DNA of 64,000 nucleotides from Eledone cirrhosa (lineage: Eukaryota), in contig OZ024763.1 of assembly GCA_964016885.1 (NCBI GenBank), positions 28,086,001-28,150,000 of the forward strand, written 5' to 3'. Shown here in pieces: positions 26,651 through 40,886 of this stretch; position 1 is the stretch's first letter, and every line of letters starts with the position of its first letter. Position numbers and translations under genes: made by a program. The notes beneath the pieces were generated by a model that was given only the letters and a program-made list of their open reading frames with translations, was not told the origin of the DNA and made no database searches.

Positions 26651-26697
26651 TTTCCTGATGATTTATACCGAATGAAATAGTTCTAGTCCTGTAGAAG
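26651..26697 (+). ncRNA. Type I hammerhead ribozyme motif, family D
   Basis: TTTC-CTGATGA-tttataccgaat-GAAA-TAG ttctagtc CTG-TA-GAAG. Confidence 0.65.
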
Positions 26698-26713
26698 CCA
26701 CATATATATAGTA

Positions 26714-27133
26714 GTGGAGTCTGTGCTGAGGTACGGGTCTGAGATTAGGACACTGACCAAGAAACTCACTCAGATGGTGGATGGGTGCTACACGACAATG
26801 GGGAGGATGGCTCTGAACATTAACCAGTATACACTGAGGATGAAAAACTCAGAGCTGTATGGGAGCATCCCAAAAGTCAGCTCAAAAGTGACACAGAGGC
26901 GACTGAGGTTAGCTGGACATGCTCGCTGTCATCCAGAGTTGACATTGCACTCAGTGCTCCTGTGGAAGCCCCTTCATGGACACACTAGCAGAGGAAGACC
27001 GAGGTTAACGTATGTTGATGCCCCAAGGACAGACATTGGTCTGTTGGAGCCGCAGGACATGGCAGTGATAATGAGGGACAGAGACCGCTGGAGAGAACTC
27101 GTCCATGGATCCCGGGAATTTTACCCGCCCTAG
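26714..27133 (+). mobile_element. 5'-truncated RTE-clade LINE, 3' end of ORF2
   Basis: VESVLRYGSE..TLT...DGCY...RRLRLAGH...RGRPRLTY.D...DRDRWRELV is typical of the RTE post-RT region. Confidence 0.85.
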
Positions 27134-27149
27134 ACACACACAGAACATA

Positions 27150-27184
<35 letters not shown>

Positions 27185-27396
27185 TTGAAAGAGTCGGATG
27201 AACTAGCCGTCTGGAACTAGCTTTTGAAACGGCAAGAGCTGAGCCGCTGAGGTCTCAACTCTTTTATATTACCATACTCTACTACCCCGAGTTTCGAGTA
27301 CTCTGGTGTGTAATGGTCTAAACAGGTTTTAACCACACCATTTTGATATATATTAATTCAAAATATTAACAAAATAGATATTCTTGTGATCAAGTA

Positions 27397-27463
27397 TATT
27401 TTATTATACATATTTCAGAGGTACTGAGTTAAGTTCAACAGTACGTCCTCATCAGATAAAATA
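27397..27463 (-). ncRNA. Type I hammerhead ribozyme motif, family B
   Basis: Reverse complement: TATTTTAT-CTGATGA-ggacgtactg ttgaacttaact cagtacctct-GAAA-TATGTA-TA-ATAAAATA. Confidence 0.78.
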
Positions 27464-27641
27464 AGATGATGCATGACCTACCCTGACATAGTAGATGGTT
27501 AAGATTCAGTCAAGGAATATCTATTTTGTTAATATTTTGAATTAATATTAATAACTCCTGAAAAATATTTTTTTTGTTGAGTGCTTCCAATCTATTGTAA
27601 AACTCATTCTTTGATTTATTCATTGACCCTTGTTTAACTTT

Positions 27642-27712
<71 letters not shown>

Positions 27713-27723
27713 AAATGTCATAC

Positions 27724-27755
<32 letters not shown>

Positions 27756-27817
27756 GACATATTTGATATATATAAGTCATATATATGTGTGTGTGTGTGT
27801 GTTTGTGTGTGCGTGCC

Positions 27818-27872
<55 letters not shown>

Positions 27873-28026
27873 GGAAGATATACTTTTTTGTCGGGGCCAA
27901 AAAATGTCAGCTAGGCCAATGGAGGGTGTATATAGTTTCACAGTAAGGAAGGAGTGGGGTGCGTGGGAGTAGGTGAGGGGTGAACCTCTAGCCCTTTACA
28001 CACACAGGTTGACCTTTAACCTTAGC

Positions 28027-28064
<38 letters not shown>

Positions 28065-28303
28065 CACACACACCCACAGTTGTTACACCACCCTGTCTCT
28101 TGTCTAACTATCCCACATCACTCCGCCCCAGTCTCTGACCCTGTCTGTGTCAATCCTCAACGCATAATATAGATGAACACGGATATCGTGTATATACATG
28201 TATGTATATATGTATATATATATCTGGACGTATATATATATATATATCTGTACGTGTATATATATATATATATCTGTACGTGTATATATATATATATCTG
28301 TAC

Positions 28304-28361
<58 letters not shown>

Positions 28362-28508
28362 GTACGTGTATATATATCTGTACGTATATATATATATATA
28401 TATCTGTACGTATATATATATATATATATATCTGTACGTATATATATATATCTGTACGTATATATATATATATATATACGTATATATATATATATATATA
28501 TATGTACG

Positions 28509-28545
<37 letters not shown>

Positions 28546-28633
28546 ATATATATATATATCTATGTATATATATATCTGTACGTATATATATATATACGCA
28601 TATATATATGTACGTATATATATATATGTGTAC

Positions 28634-28673
<40 letters not shown>

Positions 28674-28714
28674 ACGTATATATATATATATATATATATG
28701 TGCATATATATATA

Positions 28715-28748
<34 letters not shown>

Positions 28749-28764
28749 CATATATATATACATT

Positions 28765-28802
<38 letters not shown>

Positions 28803-29265
28803 TTATATACCCACACGATGTGACCAGCCCATCATTCAAGGCAAATTAAAAAAAAAAAAAATCAAGGACAGCGAAGGAAAATTTCATCAGGAACTTATGT
28901 AATGAGTCGTTTCGAGGTGGTGCCGGGGGATGGTTGTGGTGGGGGCTGTGTTGGTATTGGTGGGGATCGTGGTGGTGTTGGTGGTGGTGTGATGGTGGTG
29001 GTGTGTTGGTGTGGATGCTGGAGTTGGTGGCGGTGGAGATCATGGTGGTGGTGTTGGTGGTGATGTGGTGGTGGTGTTGGTGGTGATGTGGTGGTGTGTT
29101 GGTGGTGGCGGTGGTGCTGGTAGTGGTGGAGGTAGCTGGATAACGGAGGTCCATTAGGAATGGTATGGATATAAACAGACGTGGTTCATGTAGAAGTGTC
29201 TGCATATATATATATATATATATACAATATTAAATAAATGGAAACTATATTTATAAAACCATATT

Positions 29266-29331
29266 TATTTCATTATATATATTTCAGGGATAACATATTA
29301 ACAATATGCTATGCCTTCCTCAGACAAAATA
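29266..29331 (-). ncRNA. Type I hammerhead ribozyme motif, family B
   Basis: Reverse complement: TATTTTGT-CTGAGGA-aggcatagcatatt gtt aatatgttatccct-GAAA-TATATA-TA-ATGAAATA. Confidence 0.75.
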
Positions 29332-29426
29332 CAATATAAACAGTTTTATAGTTGTCGAGTGCTTTTATATCAGTTATAAATATTTACTATTTACTAGTTG
29401 TAACACAACAATTTAAATATAACTTT

Positions 29427-29507
<81 letters not shown>

Positions 29508-29602
29508 TATGTGTGTGTGTCTTCGTGTGTTTATGTGTGTGAATATTTATATTTCATTTACCGAAGAGATGGTACAAAAATTTACCATCGTTCGGTTGCT
29601 GT

Positions 29603-29642
<40 letters not shown>

Positions 29643-29686
29643 GATGTATATATACATGTAGATGTGTGTGTATGAATATATGTGTG

Positions 29687-29737
<51 letters not shown>

Positions 29738-29839
29738 GTGTATGTGTATCAATATATTTAAATATGTAGATGTAAGTGTATGTATAGATAGATAGATAGA
29801 TGTAGACGTGTGTATACATATATATATCTGTGTGTGTGT

Positions 29840-29878
<39 letters not shown>

Positions 29879-30057
29879 TGTGTGTGTGTGTGTGTGTTGG
29901 GCGGGGAGGGGGTTGTAGGCATAACGAGATCTTTACAGACAATTATATAAACCCATCACCCACCCCCACTAAACAGAAGCAAACATATATTGGTAGCGTG
30001 TGTTTTTGTGTCACATCGGACTCAAACAAAATGCAGGTTTATTCCTAGAAACTGTAT

Positions 30058-30121
<64 letters not shown>

Positions 30122-30278
30122 CACGCATACATATATATATATACACGCATACATATATATATATACACGCATACACATATATATATATACACACATACGC
30201 ATATATATATATACACGTCCAGATTTAGCCGTTGAAACGGCTTGAGCTCTGCCGTCGGGGTCATACATTTTCCTACAA

Positions 30279-30326
<48 letters not shown>

Positions 30327-30415
30327 ACACACATATATATATATATACACACACATATATATATACACAAATACATTCACAAATACATACATATGTATAC
30401 CCACACATACGCACG

Positions 30416-30461
<46 letters not shown>

Positions 30462-30619
30462 TACGTGCACGTATGTATACGTATATATATATATGACATA
30501 TATATATATACATGCAGGTATGTATATATATGACAAGACAATTTAATTGGCTTCCAACAGCGACAGAGGATAAGAGAGACACTGACGTTAATTGTAAGGA
30601 ATCTACTTCGAAATCCCAG

Positions 30620-30650
<31 letters not shown>

Positions 30651-30873
30651 AAAACACTACTACTGCGCCCTCTACATTCTCTGTCTTTGGTCTTATACTC
30701 TCTGAAACCCCCACCCACACACACACAGCAATTTCTCTCCTCCTCCCACCCTCTTTCTATTCAACAGTTATACACTGACGACATCACCGCCGCCACCTCC
30801 TCAACCATTCGATTATTATATAGGGGAAAATATGCATTGCGTTCTATAGTTCTAACTCCCTCTCTTTCCCTCC

Positions 30874-30908
<35 letters not shown>

Positions 30909-30915
30909 TATAGAT

Positions 30916-30968
30916 GAGATTCTACAGGACTAGAACTGTTTCATTCTTTAGAAATCATCAGGAATCTC
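30916..30968 (-). ncRNA. Type I hammerhead ribozyme motif, family D (closed 4-bp stem III, GUA site)
   Basis: Reverse complement: GAGATTC-CTGATGA-tttctaaagaat-GAAA-CAG ttctagtc CTG-TA-GAATCTC, with a perfect 7-bp stem I. A mirror plus-strand core lacking the 5' stem I strand lies at 30968-31013. Confidence 0.8.
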
Positions 30969-31092
30969 TGATGATTTCTAATGAATGAAACAGTTCTAGT
31001 CCTGTAGAATCTCATTTATATTAAAACTTTATACTCTGCAATGTATTGAGTTCCTTACTTACTGTGGTTACTCCGATTCAACCCGGAATAAC

Positions 31093-31150
<58 letters not shown>

Positions 31151-31226
31151 TTGTGAATACATATATATGAGTGTATATATATATATAAATATGTGTGTGT
31201 GTGTGTGTGTGAATACATATATATAA

Positions 31227-31274
<48 letters not shown>

Positions 31275-31351
31275 TTGTGAATACATATATATGAGTGTAT
31301 ATATATATAAATATGTGTGTGTGTGTGTGTGTGAATACATATATATAAGTG

Positions 31352-31394
<43 letters not shown>

Positions 31395-31513
31395 CATGGT
31401 AGCTAAGATGCTTCCATAGGCGGTATGCCGGTTGAGCACTCTATGCTCTTACAGAGCACAGTATGATAGAACAGAAAACGAAAAATCAGTGATGCATCTG
31501 AACTCAATTTATT

Positions 31514-31580
31514 GTGTGTTACAATTGTTTCGCCGGCGAATATTCTTCAAGAGAGAATATGCTGCGAAATCATTAGACGT
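31514..31580 (-). ncRNA. Degenerate type I hammerhead motif in the left arm of an inverted repeat
   Basis: Reverse complement: ACGT-CTAATGA-...atattct ctcttga agaatat...-GAAA-CAATTG-TA-ACAC. Confidence 0.5.
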
Positions 31581-31708
31581 GTCCGTCGAACCTGCGGGTC
31601 CAGAATCAGACAGATGCACACAATGATCACGTCTCGAGCTGTCCGCTGGCGAAACAGTTGTAACACACAATAAATTGAGTTCATGTGCATCACTGATTTT
31701 TCGTTTTC

Positions 31709-31796
<88 letters not shown>

Positions 31797-31894
31797 GTAG
31801 GTCCCGGGTTGAGTCGGGGATAACCACAGTAAGTAAGGTACTCAATACATGGCAGAGTAAATAACCACAGTAAGTAAGGTACTCAATACATGGC

Positions 31895-31945
31895 AGCTTC
31901 CTGAAGATTTCATCTGATTGAAACAGTACTAGTCCTGTAGAAGCT
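31895..31945 (+). ncRNA. Type I hammerhead ribozyme motif, family D
   Basis: AGCTTC-CTGAAGA-tttcatctgatt-GAAA-CAG tactagtc CTG-TA-GAAGCT. Stem II is weak. Confidence 0.7.
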
Positions 31946-33610
31946 CCTTCTATGAAATAAATATATATATATATATATATATATAATCACTGACGAAGGA
32001 CTATTTTTATCATATGTAACCTATGTGCAACCACGCAGTATTCTTCTTTCTTCTTATGTTTTATATATATATATATATATATAGTAATAACAAATCTGAA
32101 AACTAAAATCCAAAGAGGGCTCGATAAGGAAGAATATATATCTAATATATATAAGGATGAAAGAAGCGATTCTTTGCTTAAACTTCAATCTGTTATTTTA
32201 ATAAATATTTGCTCTGTGGTTTTATATATTTTTATATATATTATCCTTATCGAGCCCTCTTAGGATTTTAGTCTTCACATTTATTATTCACATTTATAAT
32301 AAAAAATGCCCCCCCCCCTTTTTTTCATGTCTTTCCACCACTCCTCCTCACACCCTCGGAACTCTTTTCCTGCCCACTTCTCTCCCGATGAAGGGCTTAT
32401 GCCCGAAACATCGCCCCATCCCCCCCCTACTCTCAAGCGTGAAACTAATATTAACATTTTGTACTGCCTCTTCCCTTCCACGTTGTTTTTTTTTTGTTTT
32501 TTGTTTAGTCTCAACTATAATTATATATATATATATATATATACATATATATGTATGGATTTTTATGTATATGTATGTATTTGTATATATGTATGTACTC
32601 CTGTAGTATTAATACCATTGTCAACAAGGACAATAATGGAAATATTGGAAAAATAGACATGGTGGCCTTGGGAGAGAATCTGACATTCAGTCGATATTAT
32701 ATGACAATAAATGGAAGCAAACGCTACCATCGCCACGATGGCCACGGCTACATTCACTACCACCACTACTTTCGCCACAACCACACCACCTCCACAGCTA
32801 CATTCACCACCACTGCAACCATAATAACCACTTTCACCACTACTGCAACCGCCATAACCACTCTCACCAGCACCGCCACCAATACTACTTTCAACAACCG
32901 CCGCCGACAATACCATTTTCACCATCACTGCCACCAGTGCAATCGCCACGCCACAACTGTAACCTCCACAACTACTTACACCACCACCAGCACCGCCAAC
33001 GCTACTGTTATTCAAAGACCAACCTTGTTAGACACACTTCCTCATTGAATACTAACTACACCATCCGTCACTAAGATTAAACGTGTCTGTGGAATCTACA
33101 GCTAATTTGCAGGTAAATTTCACCATCACCTTCCACATACACATGCACACATGAACACACACATACCTTGTGACCCGGACATGTAACAATTGAATAAACA
33201 GCATACGCCTACACTGATATACAGAGATATAGAGACATGTATACATACAAATATACATACATGCATACTTTTATATACACACATACATACATAGACACAT
33301 GGTGACAGACAGACACATATATACATACATAGAAATATGTACAAGTATGCACACACACACTCACACTCACATATATATAGACAGACAAACATATATATAC
33401 ATACAAATACACATACATACACATACATTCACATATACACACACAAACACACACATATATATATATATACACACACATATATGCACATACACACACATAT
33501 ATACACACACATATATATATATACACACATATATATATACACACACATATATATATATACACACATATATATATATACACACAAACATATATATATATAT
33601 ACACACACAC

Positions 33611-33643
<33 letters not shown>

Positions 33644-33661
33644 TATATACACACACACACA

Positions 33662-33693
<32 letters not shown>

Positions 33694-34336
33694 CACACAC
33701 ACACATATTTATATGCATACACACCCACACACATATATATATACATACAGACACATGCACATGGGTACAGAAAAATATTTTTTCACGCCAGGAAAGAAAT
33801 TATAAAGTTATTTCTTAATATCCAAACTACTTAGTACATATTTTAATTTCCTACAATTACCGATGCTTCAGCAATTTCAATATTAAACCAGACGAGTTCG
33901 AGACTTAGAGTAGTCACGGTTTATGAATGCCGGCTTTCTTAAAAACCAGACAGACGATTTAAGTGGAGGGGAACAGGCGAATACTACTTATATATAGTCG
34001 TTAGACACGCCGGACAGAATGTTTTCTGTGTTCGTTTTGGCTTCCTATTTTCAAAGTTCAAATCTTGCTGGAATTATCTTTATCCTTTTCATTATTTCAC
34101 GGTCGATTAAGAAAGTACCAGTTGAAGTACTCGGGTCGAGTCTTCCTGTATCGGTAGAGGATCGGACGCCATGCTTTGACGCATAGAGTTACGGCCCTTG
34201 CCATTCTGAGTTCAAATCCCGCCAAGGTTAACTTTGCCTTTCATCCTTACGGGGTCGATAACATAAAGTACCAGTAATGTACTGGATTATTGCTGGCCTT
34301 GTGCCAATAGTAGAAACAATTATATCGCTTTCTCTA

Positions 34337-34369
<33 letters not shown>

Positions 34370-36057
34370 TTGTTTCCTTCAGTCTAAATTCTTTTGAGGT
34401 CAAATAATCAAATAAGAAAGCACCAGTCCAGTACTGGATGGAGTCTTCCGCCGTATCTCTTTCTCACATCCTTCCTTCCTCTCTCTTTATATATATATAT
34501 ATATAACATATACATGTATATATACGTGTGTATATACATATATATATAGAGAGAGAGATAGAGAGAGACAGACGGAGAAGAAGCAGAAGTAGAAGATCGG
34601 GCGAAGGAGAGCGTGATAGTGAGTGAGAGAGAGGAGAGTGAGAGAGAGAGAGAGGAAGAGAAGGAGCAAGAAGAGTTATAACAACGCCACCATAAAGCTT
34701 CGCTCCATCCCCACACTGTACCGTAAACCTCGTTCATGGACATTCTCTCTCATCGCAAAATCTCAGTACTCTTCTCTCTATCTCCTTCTTTCCCCTCTCC
34801 CTCTCTCTTCCCAAGCCATGTGTAAAAACATCTTGGCATGAATTATGTCTGTTGTTCTTTACTGCTGCTGTCCACTGGCGGCCATATTTCTTCTTCTTTA
34901 TTCCCAGTAACAGTCACACCGCAACAAAGTACCATTCCACTACCACCACCACCAGCACCACCACAAAGTACCATTCCACTACCACCACCACCACCACCAC
35001 CACAAAGTACCATTCCACTACCACCACCACCACAAAGTACCATTCCACTACCACCACCACCACCACAACAAAGTAAGTACCATTCCACTACCACCACCAC
35101 CACCACAAAGTACCATTCCACTACCACCACCACCACCATTCCACTACCACCACCACAACAAAGTACCATTCCACTACCACCACCACCACCACAAAGTACC
35201 ATTCCACTACCACCACCACCACCATTCCACTACCACCACCACCTATACCTACACCACCAGCCCCTTTAGCTAAAATTATACCACCACCAACCACCACCGC
35301 ATCCACATATACCTACACCACCACCAACACCTCCACCTATACCACCACCAACTTTAGCTAAATCTACACCACCACCAACACCTCCACCAACACAACCACA
35401 ACTGCCTAAACCTACACCACCTCCAACATCTAAACTTACAACACCACCACCTCAACTTTTACCTAAATCTACACCACCACCAACATCACAACCTCTACCC
35501 ACCAGCAACAGCAACATCACGACTGTCACTACTACTACCACCACCACTACCAACTAAACCTATACCACTACCACCACCATCACCTATGCCACCACCACCA
35601 ACATTTAGTGTTGTCCTAGTGGCCTGATGGTGGTGGTGGTGATGGTTGTTCGGACTTTGGTCGTGGTGGTAGTTGATGTTGTGGTGGTGGTGGTGGTAGT
35701 GATGGTTCTAACTGTGGTTGTGGTGGCTCTGGTGGTAGTTGTGGTGGTTCATTGTGGTAGAAGGTGGTGGTCGTGGTGGCTTCGGTGGTAGTTGTGGTAG
35801 TTGTAGTATCACAGCTGGTCAAGATGATGACGATGATGATGATGGAAATTCTTGATGATGATGTTGCTGGTGTATTCACACAAACACAAACACACAAATG
35901 AAAGTAAAAGACGCTTAACATAAACATTGCCCAGTCCTACCCCCAACCCCATCCCCAGCCGTCACACCCCAACCCAGCCATGACAATCCAATCCAATACC
36001 AAAACTTCCACCGAGATTTTTCTAAAGCCCTACGCTTCTCTCTCTCCCTCTGTCTTG

Positions 36058-36106
<49 letters not shown>

Positions 36107-36267
36107 CCTCTGTCTTGCTCTCTCTCTCTCCAAGATTGACTGACATTTTTGTCTCCATTCCTCATCCACTTCAACACTCACCTCCCCCAACCTAGTACCC
36201 CCCCCCAACATACACATGAACACACACACATATATATACACATACACACATATATACACACACAGAC

Positions 36268-36298
<31 letters not shown>

Positions 36299-36489
36299 GA
36301 TATATATATATACACATACACATATATATATATACACAGACACACACATATATATATATATATACACATATACACATATATATACAGAAACACAGACACA
36401 TATATATACACACACACACACATACATACACAAACACACTCACACAAACACACACATATATATACACACACACACATACATACATACAT

Positions 36490-36556
<67 letters not shown>

Positions 36557-36787
36557 GAAACTCACAAAACACAGAACATATTGAACACACCCAAACACAA
36601 CACACACAACACAGACACGAACTCACAACACAGGCATGTGAAACACACACACACACACAGACAGACACAGACACACACACATATACAAGGAAAGAAAGAA
36701 CTCTAGTTGGATTGATGGGCCTCATTGGTCAGGTCTGGTCTAAGATGTATAGGAAGGAGTGTTTGTGTGTGTGTGTATATATATACA

Positions 36788-36865
36788 CAGGGTGTCCCTA
36801 AAAAATGTATACATATTTATTACAATGCAGTTGAAGTATGTATACATTTTTGGGGGGACACCCTG
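36788..36865. mobile_element. Tc1/mariner-type MITE; related copies at 50496-50592 and a single TIR at ~46287
   Basis: TIRs cagggtgtccc...aaaaatgtataca / tgtatacatttt...gggacaccctg, with TA on the right flank. Confidence 0.7.
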
Positions 36866-36882
36866 TATATGTCTCTCTCTCT

Positions 36883-36921
<39 letters not shown>

Positions 36922-37294
36922 CACGCACATATATACATGTATATATACATACACACATATATATATATATATATCCACCAACAGTCCCACACAGATAAAT
37001 ATAGGTTGTGTGTGGGGGGTGGGGGGTAGGGACGGGGGTAGGGGGGAAAAGACTATGGGACATTATCGAAGAAGTGAAGTGAAAGAAAGAAAAGAAAGAA
37101 AGTGAGAAGAGAGAGAGAGAGGGTAGAGATGGAGGAAAGAGAAGAGCGAGATGGTGAGAGAGGGAGATGGTGAGAAAGGGAGAGATAGAGAGAAAAGGTC
37201 AGAAAGCGATGAGAGAGGGAGAGGAGAAAGAGATAAGAGAGAGAGAGGAGAAAGAGATAAGAGAGAGAGAGAGAGGAGAAAGAGAGAGAGAGAT

Positions 37295-37342
<48 letters not shown>

Positions 37343-37381
37343 AAGAGAAAGATGAGAAACAGAGAAAAAGAGATAAGAGAG

Positions 37382-37446
<65 letters not shown>

Positions 37447-38333
37447 GGGAGAGAGGAAGAGAGAAGGGGATTGAGGTTTTGCGATGAGAGAGAGAGACTG
37501 TCCATGAACGACGAACGAGGTTTACGGTACGGCGTGGCGATGGAGCGAAATTTTATGGTGGCGGCCGGTTTCAGTCGGGGCGATGAGGGTGGGGGTGACG
37601 AGAAAAAGGGAGTAGAAGGATAGATAGGAGGGATAGAGGAATGAGAAAATAAAACGAACAGAAATAAGACAAAAACACGAAGAACAACAACAAAGAATAA
37701 AAGAAAAATAGGTAAGTGGGGACGTCGAGAGGGTGGGGGAATGTTGGACCGAGGTTTATGATGGCTGTTAGTTTCAGCGGAGGAAAGAGAAGGAAGGAAA
37801 AACAAAAGATAAAGAGGAACGAGGGGGGGGGGGGACAAAAGAACAATAATATCAACAGCAACAACAACAGTAAGAACAACTGCAATAGCAACGACAATAA
37901 CAACAACAATAAGAACAAGAACAGTAACAGTAAGAACAACAACAGTAACAACAACAATAACAACAGTAACAGAAACAACATAAGCAACAATAGTAAAAAC
38001 AACAACAATAACAACACCACCACCAACAACAACAATAGTAAAAACAACAACAATAACAACACCACCACCAACAACAACAATGATAACAGCAGTAACAACA
38101 AAAGTAATAACAAAAAAATCAACAACGACAGTAATAACAACAACAATAACAACAACAGTAATAAAGCTAGTGGTGAGGAAATAAATAAGAATAAGAAAGA
38201 AGTTAATTTTCCTAATTTATGTTGGGTGATAACTTATCATATACACTCTCTGCGAGGGTATATAATTGCTATGCTAAATACTTTTAAACTGTCTCGCCAA
38301 CAACCGAACGAGCCAACGAACGAACACACACAT

Positions 38334-38378
<45 letters not shown>

Positions 38379-38651
38379 TATATATATACATACACACATA
38401 CATACGCACGTAAATAAATATATAGTACTATATAGATATACATAGGTATATAGATACGTATATACATACATGATCCATACGTATACGTACGTAAATGCGC
38501 ATACTTATACAGGAACATACAAACACACATACATACGTATGCATATATACAACCACAAACAAACATACATACATATGTAGACACATACATAGGAACATAC
38601 ATACACGCGCATGCATAGATACATATATACACATGTAGATACATACGTACA

Positions 38652-38716
<65 letters not shown>

Positions 38717-39213
38717 GTATATATATGTATACATATATATCTATATATACGTAGGAACATACATACACGCCTACATATATCCATATGTATATACAAACAT
38801 ACACATATGCATACATCAAGGGAGGTGTGTGGGGGAGACGTAGGTGTAGAAATGGATGGAAAGATATATATACATATTTCTACTGTCATACTGCCAGTCA
38901 TAAATATACATATATACAATCACCAACCAGCTGCCGATCCTACTTCTCACACGTGACTCAAACCAAGATTACACTCGAGCATGTGGTGTGTGTATGTATG
39001 TATGTATGTATGTATGTAGTGTATGTATGTGAGTATGTTTGTGTATCCCCCCCCCCCTTGTTCTAGCTCTAGCTCCTTGCCCTCGTTTGAGGTTCTTTGT
39101 CTGTTGCCCACCCTACCCAATTCCACACAACGCCCCTCTACTTCAGAAAAATTCCAGCCAATCTACTATCCCACCCCCGACAACTTCGTTTGACTTGATG
39201 TTAGAGTGTCTCT

Positions 39214-39248
<35 letters not shown>

Positions 39249-39488
39249 CTCTCCTTCTATCCAAATCTTTAATTCTCTGATCTGGAGGACCTACAGCACG
39301 AATGGAGAATAGTCAGAATCTCCAGAATAAAACAGACCACAGGATGGATCGGCCGTAGTAAACTGTATACTACTGTAACCACCCATGTACATATACACAC
39401 ACACATACTTACACATAGCTACCCTGACAAAACAGACGATTGGAGCGGCCGTATTAAAATATATACTTCTTTAACCACTCGACCATTT

Positions 39489-39524
<36 letters not shown>

Positions 39525-40582
39525 CAAACCTGCCACCCTTTAAAAACCCAATCGGGGAGTACCATGGAAAAAAGTGCCCCCAAACGAGGAGAAATGAGGC
39601 AAAATGGGGAGGTTTTACATAATTGTTTCTACGTTAGGCACAAGGCCAGCAATTACCCAGTGTATTACTGGTACGTTACTTTATCGAAAGCTATACCCAT
39701 TTTCACAAGAGAAGACATCTCTCACCCACCCCAAAAATGGGTGGGCGATCTCCTCGTCTGACAGGGAGAGTTGATAGGTCTGCCACACATACAAACACAC
39801 ACATAGATACGAAAAAATACCTTTGGATGGACCGGTCGTACTAAACTGTATACTTCCGAAACCACTCAACTGTGTACACACACATACAAAACAGACCATT
39901 GGACCAACAAGCATTTTAACCGATGTTCTAACAACTCCGCCTTTCGCCGTCTCTGTACACACATAGGCATACACAAACATGATAGGTCTTCTACTAAACC
40001 GCCTCCTCTCCAGGTCTGAATATAGCAGATTTCTTCTCAGAGAAGGATAGAGTGAGTGAGAGAAAGAGGTAGAGAGGAAGAATCGATGTCTGTACGAGAC
40101 TGGTAGTTTTGTTTATCGATCTCGTTTTGTTTATAGATAACAGGCAAAGTTAACCTGAGCGAGATTTGAACTCGGGGAGCAGAGAACCAAAACAAACACC
40201 ACAAGGCATTATATCCGACTTTCTAACAACTTTTCCAATTTGATGCCTTTGTACACACACAGGCGTACATAGACTTGTTAGGTCTTCAAGCAAACCATAT
40301 CCTGCACTATGAAGGCGCATGGCTTAGTGGTTAGAGCATTGGGCTTGCAAACGAAAGGTTGTGAATTCAATTCTCAGACTGGGTGATGTGTTGTTTCCTT
40401 GAGCAAGACATTTTATTTCACATTGCTCCAGTTTACTCAGCTGTAGAAATGAGATGATAGGGACTGGGGTCCCTATCATTAAATCACCCAAGACACCTCC
40501 AACGAGATATACCTTGGAGGAGGCCAGCTAAACCTGTAGAGGTGAGAGATGTCACACACACACACACTGTGACTACTACAGC

Positions 40583-40886
40583 CAGAGTTGGTTTAGAACT
40601 TGGGGGAACCGGCGCACTTCAGCTTTGAAGGGACCCCTCATACGCAAGACATAAGCATATACAGCAACCCCCACCCAATTTTTCATATCAAACTTAGCTT
40701 GGTGCAAGTAATTGGAATTGAAAAGTTATACAAACAGGTATTGAATTAAAATATTCTAACCATCCTAAAACTAAAAAAACCAAGCTGAGGACTCAAATAT
40801 ATTGCTGCAGCCGTCGCTGGTGGGGCCCCAACTGCTGGGACCCGGGGCAATTGCCACCTTTGCCATCCCCATTAAATCTGGCCCTG
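40583..40886. mobile_element. hAT-type MITE
   Basis: Ends cagagttggttt... / ...aaatctggccctg. The 8-bp flanking direct repeat ACTACAGC / ACTACATC matches 7/8. Confidence 0.55.
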
